Source of the DNA: Bradymonadia bacterium | Lineage (GTDB): Bacteria; Myxococcota_A; Bradymonadia; UBA7976; UBA1532 | Reading direction: 5' to 3' | Assembly: GCA_046290225.1 (NCBI GenBank) | Contig: JBKAGE010000050.1 | Location: forward strand, 16,383 to 80,382 | Length of the DNA stretch: 64,000 nt | In this document: positions 36,961 through 47,344 of the stretch, in pieces | Layout of the letters: every line of letters starts with the position of its first letter | How positions within the stretch are numbered: the first letter of the stretch is position 1 | The notes under the pieces: generated by a model | Seen by the model: the letters and a program-made list of their open reading frames with translations, nothing else | What the model was told of the DNA's origin: nothing | Database searches by the model: none | Translations under genes and position numbers: made by a program

Positions 36961-39056
36961 CGGGCACCTCCTTCGATCCAGGCCTTGAGCAGGGCTTTGT
37001 CGGCATCAGAGAGCGGCTGGTTTGGGGGCATGATCTCACCGCCGCCGCCGACGTCGGTGTGGCTGCCCTGTACCTTGTGCCAGAGGTAGCTCTGGTCCAC
37101 GCTGCCGGGGGTCACCAGTGGCATGGCAGGCACCCCGGCGCTGGGGGCCTTGAGTCGCTCGGCGAGCTGCCCATCGTTGGTGAGGCTCAGGCCCCCGAGG
37201 GCCGTGCCGGTGTGGCACGGGGCGCACGAGGCCAGGAACACTTGCTGGAAGACCTGGTCGAGCGTGGGCGGCCCACTGGGCGTTTCCTCATCACCGCCAG
37301 CCTGGGGCACCTTGCGAAAAGCGTCGGTGCCCACAAAGTGGATCATGAAAGCCTTCATCTTGCGGCCGTCGGCCTTGAACGCTTCGGTGAGGGCGGCGAT
37401 CTCTGTCTCGTCAGTCTCCTCGCGACCGGTGCCGAAGCGATAGATCTGCCGCGTGACGCAGTCCGTGGCCTCAGGGAGATTGTAGAAGGTGTCGGCCATG
37501 GTGCGCAGGCTGTCGAATTGCATGCGCTCGACGGATCCGTCGCGCCGGAGCATGGACCACTCCACCTGAGTGTCGAGTGCATACCCCCAGTCGTCGGTGC
37601 CTCTGAAGCGGCCGATGGTGTCGAAGCGGTCGAGGGCAAAGCCGAGTGGATCCATCTGTGTGTGGCAGCCGCTGCACGACTCGGCGCACAGATGATGAGC
37701 CTCAATGGAATCCCGCCGGCTCACCCCGTCAGGACGCTCACAGCGATCGATGTCATCGGGCGGATCGCCCACCTTCTGACAGAGAAAGTGCTCCATGACA
37801 TAGAGCCCGCGGCGTGTAGGCGAGGTTTCGTGCTGCTTACCGAGCTGAGAGAGGACCGCGGCGGTGCCCAGGAGTCCACGGCGTGGGCTGTTCGCTGCGT
37901 GCACTGCTCGGCGGACCCCATGGGCATCTGCAGGGCCGTCATAGCGCAACTGCTCCTCTTCGCTGTAGTCACCGGACCCGATCTGAGTGCTCTCTTCGTC
38001 CTCGTACACAGCCAGCTCATACATGTTTTTGAGCCGCTGGGTGACGTAGGTACGATCCGTGATCATCAAGTCGAGGTAGTCGAGATCGTCATCGAGCACG
38101 TGGCCCACCACCATCCGACGGATCTCTTCCTTCATGGCCCAGGCGAGCTCGGCCATCCAAGGCTGTAGTCGGCCCCGACGACCCAGCTCGAACTGCAGCT
38201 CCTCGCTGGTCTGAGCGAGCAGATCGCGCTCGAGCCGATCGAGTTGGTCGAGCCTGAACCACTCGTCGACGAAGGTGGCGACGCCACGACGTGCCTTGGG
38301 ATCATCGAGCATACGGCGGGCTTCGGCCCTCACACCGTCGGCATTGTCGAGCCGCCCTTCGTACGCAGCCTTGAGCAAGGCCACGTCAGGCGGGCTGCTC
38401 CACAGGAAGTACGCCAGTCTGCTGGCCATGTCATAGCCCAGATACACCCCGTTGGTGGCGAGCTCGACTCGATACAAAAAGTACGGTGAATGCAGCAGCC
38501 CCGAGGTGACGCACCGAAAGGCCTGAGTGGTCTCGCCAGTGTCGCTCAGGCACTGATCATAGAGCTGTCGATAGCGTGTCTTCTCGTTGGCGTTGAGTGG
38601 TCGGCGCCATGCACGCTGGCCGACATGGGCGATGAAGGCATCGGGACATGTGTCGTCACTCACATCACACTGAATCAGTTGTGACAGACGAGCCTGGTCA
38701 CTGAAGGCGGTATCGATGGCGGTCTCGATGGCGAGATCGAAGCGATCGACGCCGCTGGTGCTGGTGGTGACCTGCCGAGCGCCGACCCTGGCGAGGCCTG
38801 CTTGCACAAGATCGGGCTCGAGGCCATCGAGAGACACAGCACCGAGCACATGGCGCAAGCTGTGCTCGAACTCGTTCTGAGTGAGCCGTCTCAGCTCGGT
38901 CTGGGCGCTGCTCACGCCCTCGCCCCCGGAGCCGTCGGCGCCTCCGGAGGCTTCACCGGGGTCAGGTGGTGGCCCTCCCGGGCTCGAGCTGTAGTGATCG
39001 CAACCGGCGCCTGTGACACATGCCAGTGCGATAGACCATCTCATCAAATGGTGCAT
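36957..39056 (-). CDS. DUF1592/DUF1588 (PSD-domain) lipoprotein with an extra C-terminal cytochrome c domain
   Basis: Lipobox GAGC; LRRLT, AWRRPL, SPYFLYR, ASRLAYFLWSSPPD, TSPTRRG, CSGCH...DPLGFALD; second haem motif CAPCH...MP...WIEGGA. Confidence 0.88.
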   Translation of the reverse strand: MHHLMRWSIALACVTGAGCDHYSSSPGGPPPDPGEASGGADGSGGEGVSSAQTELRRLTQNEFEHSLRHVLGAVSLDGLEPDLVQAGLARVGARQVTTSTSGVDRFDLAIETAIDTAFSDQARLSQLIQCDVSDDTCPDAFIAHVGQRAWRRPLNANEKTRYRQLYDQCLSDTGETTQAFRCVTSGLLHSPYFLYRVELATNGVYLGYDMASRLAYFLWSSPPDVALLKAAYEGRLDNADGVRAEARRMLDDPKARRGVATFVDEWFRLDQLDRLERDLLAQTSEELQFELGRRGRLQPWMAELAWAMKEEIRRMVVGHVLDDDLDYLDLMITDRTYVTQRLKNMYELAVYEDEESTQIGSGDYSEEEQLRYDGPADAHGVRRAVHAANSPRRGLLGTAAVLSQLGKQHETSPTRRGLYVMEHFLCQKVGDPPDDIDRCERPDGVSRRDSIEAHHLCAESCSGCHTQMDPLGFALDRFDTIGRFRGTDDWGYALDTQVEWSMLRRDGSVERMQFDSLRTMADTFYNLPEATDCVTRQIYRFGTGREETDETEIAALTEAFKADGRKMKAFMIHFVGTDAFRKVPQAGGDEETPSGPPTLDQVFQQVFLASCAPCHTGTALGGLSLTNDGQLAERLKAPSAGVPAMPLVTPGSVDQSYLWHKVQGSHTDVGGGGEIMPPNQPLSDADKALLKAWIEGGAR

Positions 39057-39262
39057 TGTATTCTCCTCGGTGTTTCTTCTGGAGAACGGGTGGGGTGGAC
39101 TCTGAGGGCAAGGGGGGTGGATTTTTGTTTTGGGGGTTGAGGTCGAACGTGGGGCTCGCTGGCGCTCGCAAGAGAGTTTTCGGGCACGGGCACGGGCACG
39201 GGCACGGGCACGAGTTGATACATACGCGGACCCGTGGCCCTTCCTGGATTCAGGACACAGGC

Positions 39263-40530
39263 CTGAAGCATCCCCTCATTTGGCGTAAACACCTATGAAC
39301 ATGGACAAATCGGCCTGCTCTTCAAGCACTTCACTCCAGGCTTTCATGAGCTTGCGAAAGCGCGGGGCGGGCATGTTGGGGATGAGGTCGTACCATCGAA
39401 GACCCTGACGAAGGAGCGAGAGTTGGCGCCGCTTGGCCGTGCTTGCGTAGAGAATCCGATCAAGGCCACATCGCTCACCGGCTTCTCCGAGAGACTCGAG
39501 AAAGCGCATGGCGAGTACGGCGAGCAGTACGAGCCTGTCTCTGCGACCCTCCTTCTTGATTCGGCTCTGAGACATGCCCCATCCACGATGGCCATTCTTG
39601 AGGTCCCTGAAAGTCTCTTCGCAGCTGAAGCGTTTGCCATAAAGCTTTTTGATTTCAGAGCCGGAGAGGGTGTCATCGTTGCTGACAAGGAACCAGCCAG
39701 CCTTCATGCCCTTGTCTTTCACGATGACGACTTTGGCCACCTCATACTCTTCAGCGGTGATGGAGCCCCCAACGATGGTCCTCATGCGTCCATTGGGGTT
39801 GAGCCACTCTTGAGCAGTCCTACATTCCCCTTTAGAGTTGGTCACATACACATTGGACCTGATGCGCAGGATGTAGCTGAAGCCCAACATCTCGTCGATG
39901 TACTCCATGAAGCTGGAGTCCATGAATCCTCTATCCGCGACGATGGTCACCTTCATCGAGCTGGGCACCGTAGCTCTCAGGCGCGTGAGCAGCTCGTCTT
40001 CGTATCCGTTCCGCCTGCCTCTGAGCTTTGATTTCTTTACGGTTTTCCACATCAACGGCCTGGAGCGCCCGTGAGAAGTCTGTACGCTGGCCATCAGCAT
40101 CGTGTGGTCGTCAGCGTCAAAGTCGGTCCAGTCCAGGTTGATGACCGCCGCCTCAAGGCCCTCGAGGCTGTGTCGGCACCACATCTCCTGCACCAACTCC
40201 ACGTCGATGCCCTCGTTGCCCACAAGCCGGTCGATTTGCTTCACTGCGTGCTTGTCGCAAAGCCCCTCCACCGCCGCAAGTCCCCGACCAATCAGGTGAA
40301 TCCCCAACGACCGGCTCTCGATTATCCCAACTACTCCGCTCGCCATCGACTCCACACGCTTTGCGTGAAAGTCCTCGCCGAACAGGCGATCAAGCGGGCC
40401 GCGAACGTCTGCAACTCTGATGCTTTTTCGGGTGCTCATGCCCCCAATGTTCACGCCAGAGAGCCCTCTTTCAAGGGAGCAGATGGTTTACATCTGTTCA
40501 CAGTGTGCTGAAAATGAGGGGACGTTTCAG
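39263..40530 (-). mobile_element. IS4-family insertion sequence (IS10-like), 1268 bp
   Basis: Terminal IRs CTGAAGCATCCCCTCATTT / AAATGAGGGGACGTTTCAG (17/19 match); 9-bp direct repeat GACACAGGC at 39254-39262 and 40531-40539. Confidence 0.93.
39276..40454 (-). CDS. IS4-family DDE transposase
   Basis: LDWT, VADRGF and YREK signature YGKRFSCEETFRDLK. Confidence 0.93.
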   Translation of the reverse strand: MNIGGMSTRKSIRVADVRGPLDRLFGEDFHAKRVESMASGVVGIIESRSLGIHLIGRGLAAVEGLCDKHAVKQIDRLVGNEGIDVELVQEMWCRHSLEGLEAAVINLDWTDFDADDHTMLMASVQTSHGRSRPLMWKTVKKSKLRGRRNGYEDELLTRLRATVPSSMKVTIVADRGFMDSSFMEYIDEMLGFSYILRIRSNVYVTNSKGECRTAQEWLNPNGRMRTIVGGSITAEEYEVAKVVIVKDKGMKAGWFLVSNDDTLSGSEIKKLYGKRFSCEETFRDLKNGHRGWGMSQSRIKKEGRRDRLVLLAVLAMRFLESLGEAGERCGLDRILYASTAKRRQLSLLRQGLRWYDLIPNMPAPRFRKLMKAWSEVLEEQADLSMFIGVYAK

Positions 40531-40782
40531 GACACAGGCTGCAATTGAAGCTGAGATGATGTGTTTCTGAGCGACCTGAGAGTTCAGGTCTTGGGGTGTA
40601 TGGAGGCCAAAACCTCCAATGAGAGATATATGGGGCCCAGTAGAGCCTCCACCATCACAAATCCACGAGCGGAGTCATGCTGGGCCACGGGTCCGCATAT
40701 GTATCAACTCGTGCCCGTGCCCGTGCCCGTGCCCGTGCCCGAAAAACTCTCTTTGCGAGCGAAGCGAGCCCCACGACGACAC

Positions 40783-42081
40783 CTATCCCCGTCGCAGAAG
40801 CATCTTCGGCAACACCAGATTGATATAAAAAGCCAACAACATCAGCCCCGCGCTGATGTTGAACGTCATCGGGCCCATCGATGTGTATGCCACTCCACCG
40901 AGCAACAACCCGAAGATGCTCGCCAGGCTGCCTGCGCTGCCCGCAAGGCCTTGCACCGCGCCTTGCAACTCATCACCCGCCGCAGCCGCCACCGTAGACA
41001 CCAGTGAGGGCCACATGATGCCGTTGCCGAGAGCGAACAACGCCGCCGCGATGTAGAGCACCCAGGTCTCCGGGGACTGCATCAGGCCGAAATTCACCGC
41101 CAGCAACATCAGGCCCGAGGTGATGAGCGTGCGCTCCGAGGTGCGCGTCGAGAGCCAGGCCAGCACAGGACCCTGCACCACCACCAACATGAAGCTGAGT
41201 ACCGCGAAGAAGGCCCCCATCTCGCCGGCGGACCAGCCCAGGCGGGTGGAGGCGTTCATGGGGAAGGCCGTGTAGAAGAAGCTGAAGCCCGCCATCACGA
41301 TGAAGTTCAGGGCGATGACGAAAGCGATGGGGCCGCGCTTGAGCAGGCTCAACGTGCTCTGGCGCTTTCGGGCCTGCAGACAGTCGAGGGTCTCCTGACC
41401 AAGGGCCTGCACCGCGTCGAGACGCTGTTGCTTGCACTCGTCATCTACAGGCTTTCGAGACTCTGGTAGCCAGAACAAGATGAAACCTGCGCCCACCAGC
41501 GCGATGAGGGCCGCGCCGAAGATGGGCAGAGCCTCGCCCATGGCCGTCGAGCCGAGCACCCCCGCCAGGGCGGGGCCCAGGACCATGCCCAGGTTCGAGG
41601 CCACCCCCATGCGGCCGAAGTTGCGGCTGCGGGTGGCGTCGGTGCTGATGTCGGCCACATAGGCATTGGCCACGGAAATGTTCCCCCCAGTGAGGCCGTC
41701 GAGCGCCCGGGCGAACATGATGACCACGAGAGGCAAGGTGAGCGTGCCGGCACCGATGGAGGCAAGCTCGGTGGTGGGCAGATAGAGCGCAGCGCCGAAG
41801 ATGAGCCACGAGATCAGCGTGCCCAGCTGGCTCAGCAGCAAGATCTTGCGGCGACCGTAGCGATCGGACCAGCGCCCGAGGATGGGGGCGCCGAAGAACT
41901 GAAACGTCGAGTAGCAAGCGGCCACCACCCCATAGATCACGGCGTCGCCACCGAGGCGGGTCACCAAAAAGACCAGGAACGGGATCGCGATGGTGTACCC
42001 GAGTGTGCCGATGAAGTTCACCAACAGCACGGGGGCCATGGGCGGCGCCGAGGTGTTCGGGGTGGTCAGAGGCTGAGTCAT
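40783..42081 (-). CDS. MFS transporter (TetA/DHA1-like)
   Basis: Motif A GRWSDRYGRRK, ARALDGLTGGN, GPALAG; about 12 TM helices. Confidence 0.9.
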   Translation of the reverse strand: MTQPLTTPNTSAPPMAPVLLVNFIGTLGYTIAIPFLVFLVTRLGGDAVIYGVVAACYSTFQFFGAPILGRWSDRYGRRKILLLSQLGTLISWLIFGAALYLPTTELASIGAGTLTLPLVVIMFARALDGLTGGNISVANAYVADISTDATRSRNFGRMGVASNLGMVLGPALAGVLGSTAMGEALPIFGAALIALVGAGFILFWLPESRKPVDDECKQQRLDAVQALGQETLDCLQARKRQSTLSLLKRGPIAFVIALNFIVMAGFSFFYTAFPMNASTRLGWSAGEMGAFFAVLSFMLVVVQGPVLAWLSTRTSERTLITSGLMLLAVNFGLMQSPETWVLYIAAALFALGNGIMWPSLVSTVAAAAGDELQGAVQGLAGSAGSLASIFGLLLGGVAYTSMGPMTFNISAGLMLLAFYINLVLPKMLLRRG

Positions 42082-42528
42082 TCAGCGGGCTCGGCTGATG
42101 TAGCGGTCGAGGGCGTTGGCGAACCGCTGTTTGTCTTTGGGGCCAAAGGGAGCCGACCCCCCAGTCTGTACGCCCGAGTCGCGCAGGTCGGTCATGAAGT
42201 CTCGTACGCTGAGCCGCTCTCGCACGTTGTCTTCGGTGTACTCCCAACCTCTGGGGTTGAGTCCTGTGGCGCCTTTCTCGACGACGCGGGCAGCGAGGGG
42301 AATGTCGGCGGTGATGACAAGATCCGAGGTCTCTACCCGCTCAGCGATCCAGTCGTCGGCGACATCGGCCCCTGAAGAGACCACGATGCTGGTGATGTGC
42401 ACGTTCTGTGGGGTGTGAATTGGCCGGTTGGCCACGAGCACCACCGTGCATTTACGGCGTTGGGCGGCTCTGAAAGCCAGCTCTTTGACGACGCGGGGGC
42501 AGCCGTCGGCGTCGACCCAGATGGTCAT
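42082..42528 (-). CDS. YaiI/YqxD (DUF188) family protein
   Basis: IWVDADGCP, VITADIPLA, NPRG motifs. Confidence 0.9.
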   Translation of the reverse strand: MTIWVDADGCPRVVKELAFRAAQRRKCTVVLVANRPIHTPQNVHITSIVVSSGADVADDWIAERVETSDLVITADIPLAARVVEKGATGLNPRGWEYTEDNVRERLSVRDFMTDLRDSGVQTGGSAPFGPKDKQRFANALDRYISRAR

Positions 42529-42576
42529 GAATGCTCCTGCAGTTGAGTTGATGGCCGCAGGCTATCGTCCATGGTG

Positions 42577-44607
42577 TCAAAGGTCGAGGGCCACCTCTTC
42601 TGTCGCAGGTACACCACAACACATCAGCGCCTCATCCTCACTGAGCGTTGCCGTGTAGCCGTCGGGGTAGGTCACACGGCCCTTCAAGAGTTTCACCGTG
42701 CAGCTGCCACAGCTGCCACTTCGACAGCTGAACTCGGGCTTCAGGCCGTGGGCTTCGGCGAGCTCGAGCAGAGTGCCGTCATCGGGGAGCCAGGGCATCT
42801 CGAAGCCTGCTCGAGTGAAGCTGACCACTGCCTCGGCCACAGGCGTCTCGGAAGCTGGCATCGCGACCACCTCCTCTGGGCGGCGTACCAGAGACGATGG
42901 TCCGAACGACTCCGAGAAGATGCGTCCGTCGCGGACCCCGAGGCCGAGCAAGGCGTCGTACATGGCTTGCATGAAGCCCTCGGGGCCGCACAGATAGAAG
43001 TCATAGTCGTCGAGGGGCAACATCGCGCTGATCGCCTCTGCCGTGATGCGTCCTTCGCCGTTGTGGGTGATGCCTGGTGTGTCTGTGTCTTCAGGGGCCG
43101 TCAGGAAGCTGTAGACCTGGACCGCGCCCTGACTCCGGGTGGCCAGGCTTCTTGCCTCTTCAAAGAAAGCACGCTCAGTGCTGTTGCGGGCGCTGTGGAT
43201 GAAGAAGGTTCGTCTGAAGTGTCGGGTGCGCTGCCCCTCGGAGATGACGTGACGGAGCATGCTCATCATGGGCGTCACACCCACCCCGGCGGAGAGCAGC
43301 ACCACAGGGCGTTTTACCGATGCGTCGAGGGTCATGCCCCCAGCGGGGCCCTTGAGTCGCAGCGTCTGTCCCGGCTGCACCCGATCGTGCAGCCAGCTTG
43401 AAGCGACACCCTCGCGTTTGACGCTGATGCGATAGAGACCATCCGCAGGAGCGCTCGACACAGTGTAATTGCGCAAAATGGGGCCGTCAGCGCCCACGGG
43501 CACTTCCAAGGTGATGTGCTGACCCGCTGCAAAGGGGCTCGCGTCTAGCTTGTCGGCAGGCTCGAGGAAGAACGAGCGAATGACCGATGACTCGTCCACA
43601 GCGCGAACCACGCGAAAGGAGCGCCACGTTGACCGAAGCGCCTCCGCACGTCGCCGGTCTTCAGCCTGACTCCAGGTGCCGGTCAACTCGTTGTAGGGCG
43701 AAGACTGGCCAAAGCTGAAGGTGAAGGGTAGGGCGCCCCGAATCCGGACCCCGTGGTGAGGGGTGAAGCGCCAGAGCCGATCAGCCCCCTGAAATGCCTG
43801 CACCTCGGGGCCGTCCCAGATCATCTGCACTGCCCCAGTGAGGCTGAGCAGATCACCCGTGTCGAAATCGATGAAGAGTAGACCCGCCCGCGGGTAGATC
43901 TCGAAGTTCCCCAGCGTGTTGAAGGCATTGTTTCCGCTGAAGTCGGGCACCGTGAGTACGCCATCTTCGCTCACTTGCACAAAGCCAGGGCGACCGCCCC
44001 GATGAGAGGCGTCAGCCCCCATCGTGGGGCCGCTTCCCCCTGGTCCGGTGCTGCTGGCGACGAAGAAGGTGTCCGAGCCGGAGACGAGGGCTTTCCCATC
44101 GTCGTCGAGGGACGTCAGGTGTTCGACTGTGGGCGCAGGTCGATCATCGAGGAAGCGCAACGCCCGGGTCTGGATGTACTGAGGGCAGTTGCCGAACGAC
44201 TGATCCACCGAGAGGTTGATGGCATCGTCTTCGACGGCTGTGATCTCGAGGTTGAGCCGATTGCGCCGTCGGGTGGCGAGCTCGAGCCCCAAGAGCCCCA
44301 CCTTGAGGCCCTGACGCAGGCTCGCCGACAACGGATCCCCCACGACGGGTCGAGTCTGGATCCGCATCGAGCGGGCGTCGGGAGTGCCCACGAAGCCCGG
44401 AGCCCCTGCAAGGATGGAGGCCCAAGGCCAGCCATCGTCGTCCAGGTGGCCCACCACCACGAAGGGCAGTTTCTCGTAGAGCTCACGGTGCTGCTCCGGC
44501 ATGTGATCTCGAATCATCCGGCGACCGAGCCGCTCGGATTGCTCACGAACGCCGACACGGCTCTGGACGGACTGCTCGCCAGCATGAAAAGGGCTGGGGG
44601 CGTTCAT
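42577..44607 (-). CDS. Pyridoxamine-5'-phosphate-oxidase-like / FAD-NAD reductase / 2Fe-2S fusion oxidoreductase
   Basis: FHAGEQ, GNCPQYIQ, SHRGG, RNYTVSS, GVGVTP, YLCGP, CRSGSCGSC. Confidence 0.9.
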   Translation of the reverse strand: MNAPSPFHAGEQSVQSRVGVREQSERLGRRMIRDHMPEQHRELYEKLPFVVVGHLDDDGWPWASILAGAPGFVGTPDARSMRIQTRPVVGDPLSASLRQGLKVGLLGLELATRRRNRLNLEITAVEDDAINLSVDQSFGNCPQYIQTRALRFLDDRPAPTVEHLTSLDDDGKALVSGSDTFFVASSTGPGGSGPTMGADASHRGGRPGFVQVSEDGVLTVPDFSGNNAFNTLGNFEIYPRAGLLFIDFDTGDLLSLTGAVQMIWDGPEVQAFQGADRLWRFTPHHGVRIRGALPFTFSFGQSSPYNELTGTWSQAEDRRRAEALRSTWRSFRVVRAVDESSVIRSFFLEPADKLDASPFAAGQHITLEVPVGADGPILRNYTVSSAPADGLYRISVKREGVASSWLHDRVQPGQTLRLKGPAGGMTLDASVKRPVVLLSAGVGVTPMMSMLRHVISEGQRTRHFRRTFFIHSARNSTERAFFEEARSLATRSQGAVQVYSFLTAPEDTDTPGITHNGEGRITAEAISAMLPLDDYDFYLCGPEGFMQAMYDALLGLGVRDGRIFSESFGPSSLVRRPEEVVAMPASETPVAEAVVSFTRAGFEMPWLPDDGTLLELAEAHGLKPEFSCRSGSCGSCTVKLLKGRVTYPDGYTATLSEDEALMCCGVPATEEVALDL

Positions 44608-44619
44608 CTGCAGCTCCTT

Positions 44620-45246
44620 TCAGGCTGCGAGGGCCACTGCGGTCTTTTTCATGGGCACGAACCCTTCGAGAGTTTCCACTGTGGCGAGCCAGCGTCGGAT
44701 CCCAGGATACGGTGAGAGGTCGACGGCCCCCTCAGGTGCGTGGGCGGTATAGCTGTAGAGAGCGATGTCGGCGAGAGAGGCCCGCTCGCCGACGAGGTAT
44801 GTGCGATCGCCAAGGTGGGCTTCGAGCATGGTGAACAGCCGATGGGCTGTTGCGATGGCCCCTTTATGATCGAGCCCGGCACCGAAGACCGTCACGAGGC
44901 GGGCATCGGCGGGGCCACGCTTCAGCTCTCCTGCGGCGATGGAGAGCCAGCGCTGCACCTGGGCCCGAGCCGTGGGCGCTGTGGGGTACCACAGGCCCTC
45001 GGTGTCGTAGCGCTCTGCGAGATAGACCAGGATGGCGTTGCTGTCGGCGATGACCTGGTCGCCATCTTCGATGACTGGCACCTGACCCATGGGGTTGAGA
45101 GTCAGGAAGGCTGGCTGCTTGTGGGCTCCAGCAGCGAGATCCACGTCGACAAGTGTGTAGTCGATGCCCATGAGAGAAAGGGCGAGTTGCACGCGATGAG
45201 CGTGTCCGGAGAGGGCGTGACGATGAAGGCGGATGGGGGCGTGCAT
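44620..45246 (-). CDS. Glutathione S-transferase family protein
   Basis: SGHAHRV, LNPMGQVP, DSNAILVYLA, SLADIALYSY. Confidence 0.92.
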   Translation of the reverse strand: MHAPIRLHRHALSGHAHRVQLALSLMGIDYTLVDVDLAAGAHKQPAFLTLNPMGQVPVIEDGDQVIADSNAILVYLAERYDTEGLWYPTAPTARAQVQRWLSIAAGELKRGPADARLVTVFGAGLDHKGAIATAHRLFTMLEAHLGDRTYLVGERASLADIALYSYTAHAPEGAVDLSPYPGIRRWLATVETLEGFVPMKKTAVALAA

Positions 45247-45379
45247 ATCATGGCTCCTGCATGTCGAGTCGAAGGTTGCGGCGGGGCGCCTTGCCGATGA
45301 CTTCACCCTAGAGATGTGCAGAATCTGCGTGAATGGCTTAGAATTGATATCCTGTTGATACAGAAGTGATCAAATTGCT

Positions 45380-46261
45380 GTGGATACTGAGCATCTCGAA
45401 GTCTTCGTGCACGCCGCTCGAGGGGGGAGCCTCTCGGAGGCAGCGCGGCGTATGGGCTTGACCCCAGCATTGGCGAGTCGTCGGCTCGCTGCCCTGGAGC
45501 GAGAGCTCGGGGCTCGCCTTGCCCATCGCACCACGCGCAGTTTTGCCCTCACCGACGAGGGCGCTTCGTTCTTGCCCCACGCCGAGTCGATCCTCGAAGC
45601 AGAAGCCATGGCCAGGGCATCCGTGCAGGGTCAGCAGCTACAGGCAACGGGGCTGTTGAGGGTAGGGGCCCCGTTCCCTCTCGCCCGGCGTGTGATCTCG
45701 CCCTTGATGGGCGAGTTGCTCATGGCCCACCCCGAGCTGCGCATCAACCTGCAGGTCACCGACACCTTCGTCGACATCGTGGAGGCGGGCCTCGACGTGG
45801 TGCTCCGGGTGGCGCACCTCGAAGACTCAAGCCTCATCGCCAGACGACTGGCCCCCAGTCCTCGTGTGCTGTGTGCCGCCCCTGAGTATCTGGAGCGGCG
45901 CGGGCGCCCGGAGCGCGTCTCTGATCTCGTCCACCACGACTGCCTCGTGTGCACCCGCACGGATCACTGGCTCTTCGACGATGACGGGGTGGTGCGTCAG
46001 GTGCGCGTCGCCGGGCGCCTCACCAGCAACAGTCATCTGCCTCTTCGAGCCGCCTGTGTCGCCGGTGCGGGCATCGCGCTCTATTCGCTCTGGGATGCTG
46101 TGGACGATCTCGAAGCGGGCCGGCTGGTGCAGCTCGATCTCGACCTGCCTCCACGATCAGACTTGAGCATCTGGGCGCTCTATCCCACTCGGGTGCTGGT
46201 TCCGGCGAAGGTGCGTGTGTTCATCGACGCTGTGTACCACCACTTGAGCGCCCATCGCTGA
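45380..46261 (+). CDS. LysR family transcriptional regulator (CrgA-like)
   Basis: GSLSEAAR...LAHRTTRS HTH; divergent from the GST gene. Confidence 0.9.
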   Translation: MDTEHLEVFVHAARGGSLSEAARRMGLTPALASRRLAALERELGARLAHRTTRSFALTDEGASFLPHAESILEAEAMARASVQGQQLQATGLLRVGAPFPLARRVISPLMGELLMAHPELRINLQVTDTFVDIVEAGLDVVLRVAHLEDSSLIARRLAPSPRVLCAAPEYLERRGRPERVSDLVHHDCLVCTRTDHWLFDDDGVVRQVRVAGRLTSNSHLPLRAACVAGAGIALYSLWDAVDDLEAGRLVQLDLDLPPRSDLSIWALYPTRVLVPAKVRVFIDAVYHHLSAHR

Positions 46262-46267
46262 AGTTGC

Positions 46268-47344
46268 TCAGGGCGTCCAGCCCTGGTCGAACTGCTCGGT
46301 GCCCAGCAGCTTGCCGGCTTCGAGGTCCACCCAGACACCTGTGTGTTTCTGAGCGTTGAACATGAACAATGTCTGGTCGAAGTATCGCGCGCCTGTGTGC
46401 ACAGACGCCTCGAAGGGCAAAGTGACGGTCCACACGGGAGCCCCCTGCCGGTCGAGGCGTGAGAGCAGAACGGGGGCAACGTCGCGATCGAGATGGCCCC
46501 GATGTTGAATCAGCAGAGGTGCTGGTTGGGGCCTGCGAACCGAGGTGGTGCAGGGGGCGATCTTCAACACCTGAGGAAAAAAGTAGGTGTCGACGCTGCG
46601 AAGCAGCCGCTGCCCGGAGGCATCTGTCGCCGATATACGCGTACGGGGCCCTTCGGGGGTGAAGTCGATGCGATGAAACCCCGGAGAGACCGTGTCCATC
46701 CCCCGAACATAGGGTTGCTTCCTCGTTGGCCCTTTGAACGCATCACGCCCCGAGTTGTAGAGCCCCGAACAGCCATGTCGGCGGGCGGTGTCCTCGATGC
46801 TGGGTGCTGAGATCTCGTTGGCTTCGTACCCGTCTTCGGTCCACCACAGCTTCCGGCCATCGTTGAGATCCATCACGATGGTCTCTTCGGAGACGCGATA
46901 GTGCCCGCTGGGGCGGGTGAAGAGCTTCTCGCCATATGCGCCGAGCTGGCTCCGGAGGGTGCGGGTGTCCAAGACGAGCTGGCCCGTGGTGGTGTCGATG
47001 AAGACCTGCTGATTGGATGTGTCGATGTATCCCGGGATGCCGATGTAGCGCCCGGTAATGGGTGAGAGCGTGCCTGGGAATGGCAACGGCGTACGGCTCA
47101 ACCATCGGCGAGCCACCGGGTCGTACAGATCGAGCCGGGCACCCTCGCACCCCTTCACTCGACCTGTGACGGCGACGAGGGGCTTGAGCCACACATCCTC
47201 GGCCATCGCGCTCTGAACCCGGTCTGCGGAGAGCGGCGCTGTGTTGCAGTCCACCTTGGGGGCGACTGGCTCAGCGGGCGTGGGTGTGCCCACGGGCACA
47301 CATCCCGAGAGCACGGCCAGAGCGACACAGATCAGTCGCGCCAT
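46268..47344 (-). CDS. Lipoprotein, probable beta-propeller-like fold
   Basis: Start MARLIC, lipobox LSGC; beta-rich repeats such as IDTTTGQ and VDLEAGK. Confidence 0.6.
   Translation of the reverse strand: MARLICVALAVLSGCVPVGTPTPAEPVAPKVDCNTAPLSADRVQSAMAEDVWLKPLVAVTGRVKGCEGARLDLYDPVARRWLSRTPLPFPGTLSPITGRYIGIPGYIDTSNQQVFIDTTTGQLVLDTRTLRSQLGAYGEKLFTRPSGHYRVSEETIVMDLNDGRKLWWTEDGYEANEISAPSIEDTARRHGCSGLYNSGRDAFKGPTRKQPYVRGMDTVSPGFHRIDFTPEGPRTRISATDASGQRLLRSVDTYFFPQVLKIAPCTTSVRRPQPAPLLIQHRGHLDRDVAPVLLSRLDRQGAPVWTVTLPFEASVHTGARYFDQTLFMFNAQKHTGVWVDLEAGKLLGTEQFDQGWTP

Larger units (their letters stand above)
39148..40775. repeat. Palindromic element family B, copy 1 ((GGGCAC)5 arms), interrupted by an IS
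   Basis: Near-perfect ~93-bp inverted arms at 39148-39240 and 40682-40775; interior 40540-40681 homologous to 54075-54225 in reverse orientation. Confidence 0.88.

Noticed and set aside
39249..39262. 14-bp direct repeat TTCAGGACACAGGC as the IS target duplication
   Set aside because: On the right side TTCAG belongs to the terminal IR, leaving a 9-bp duplication consistent with IS10-like elements.
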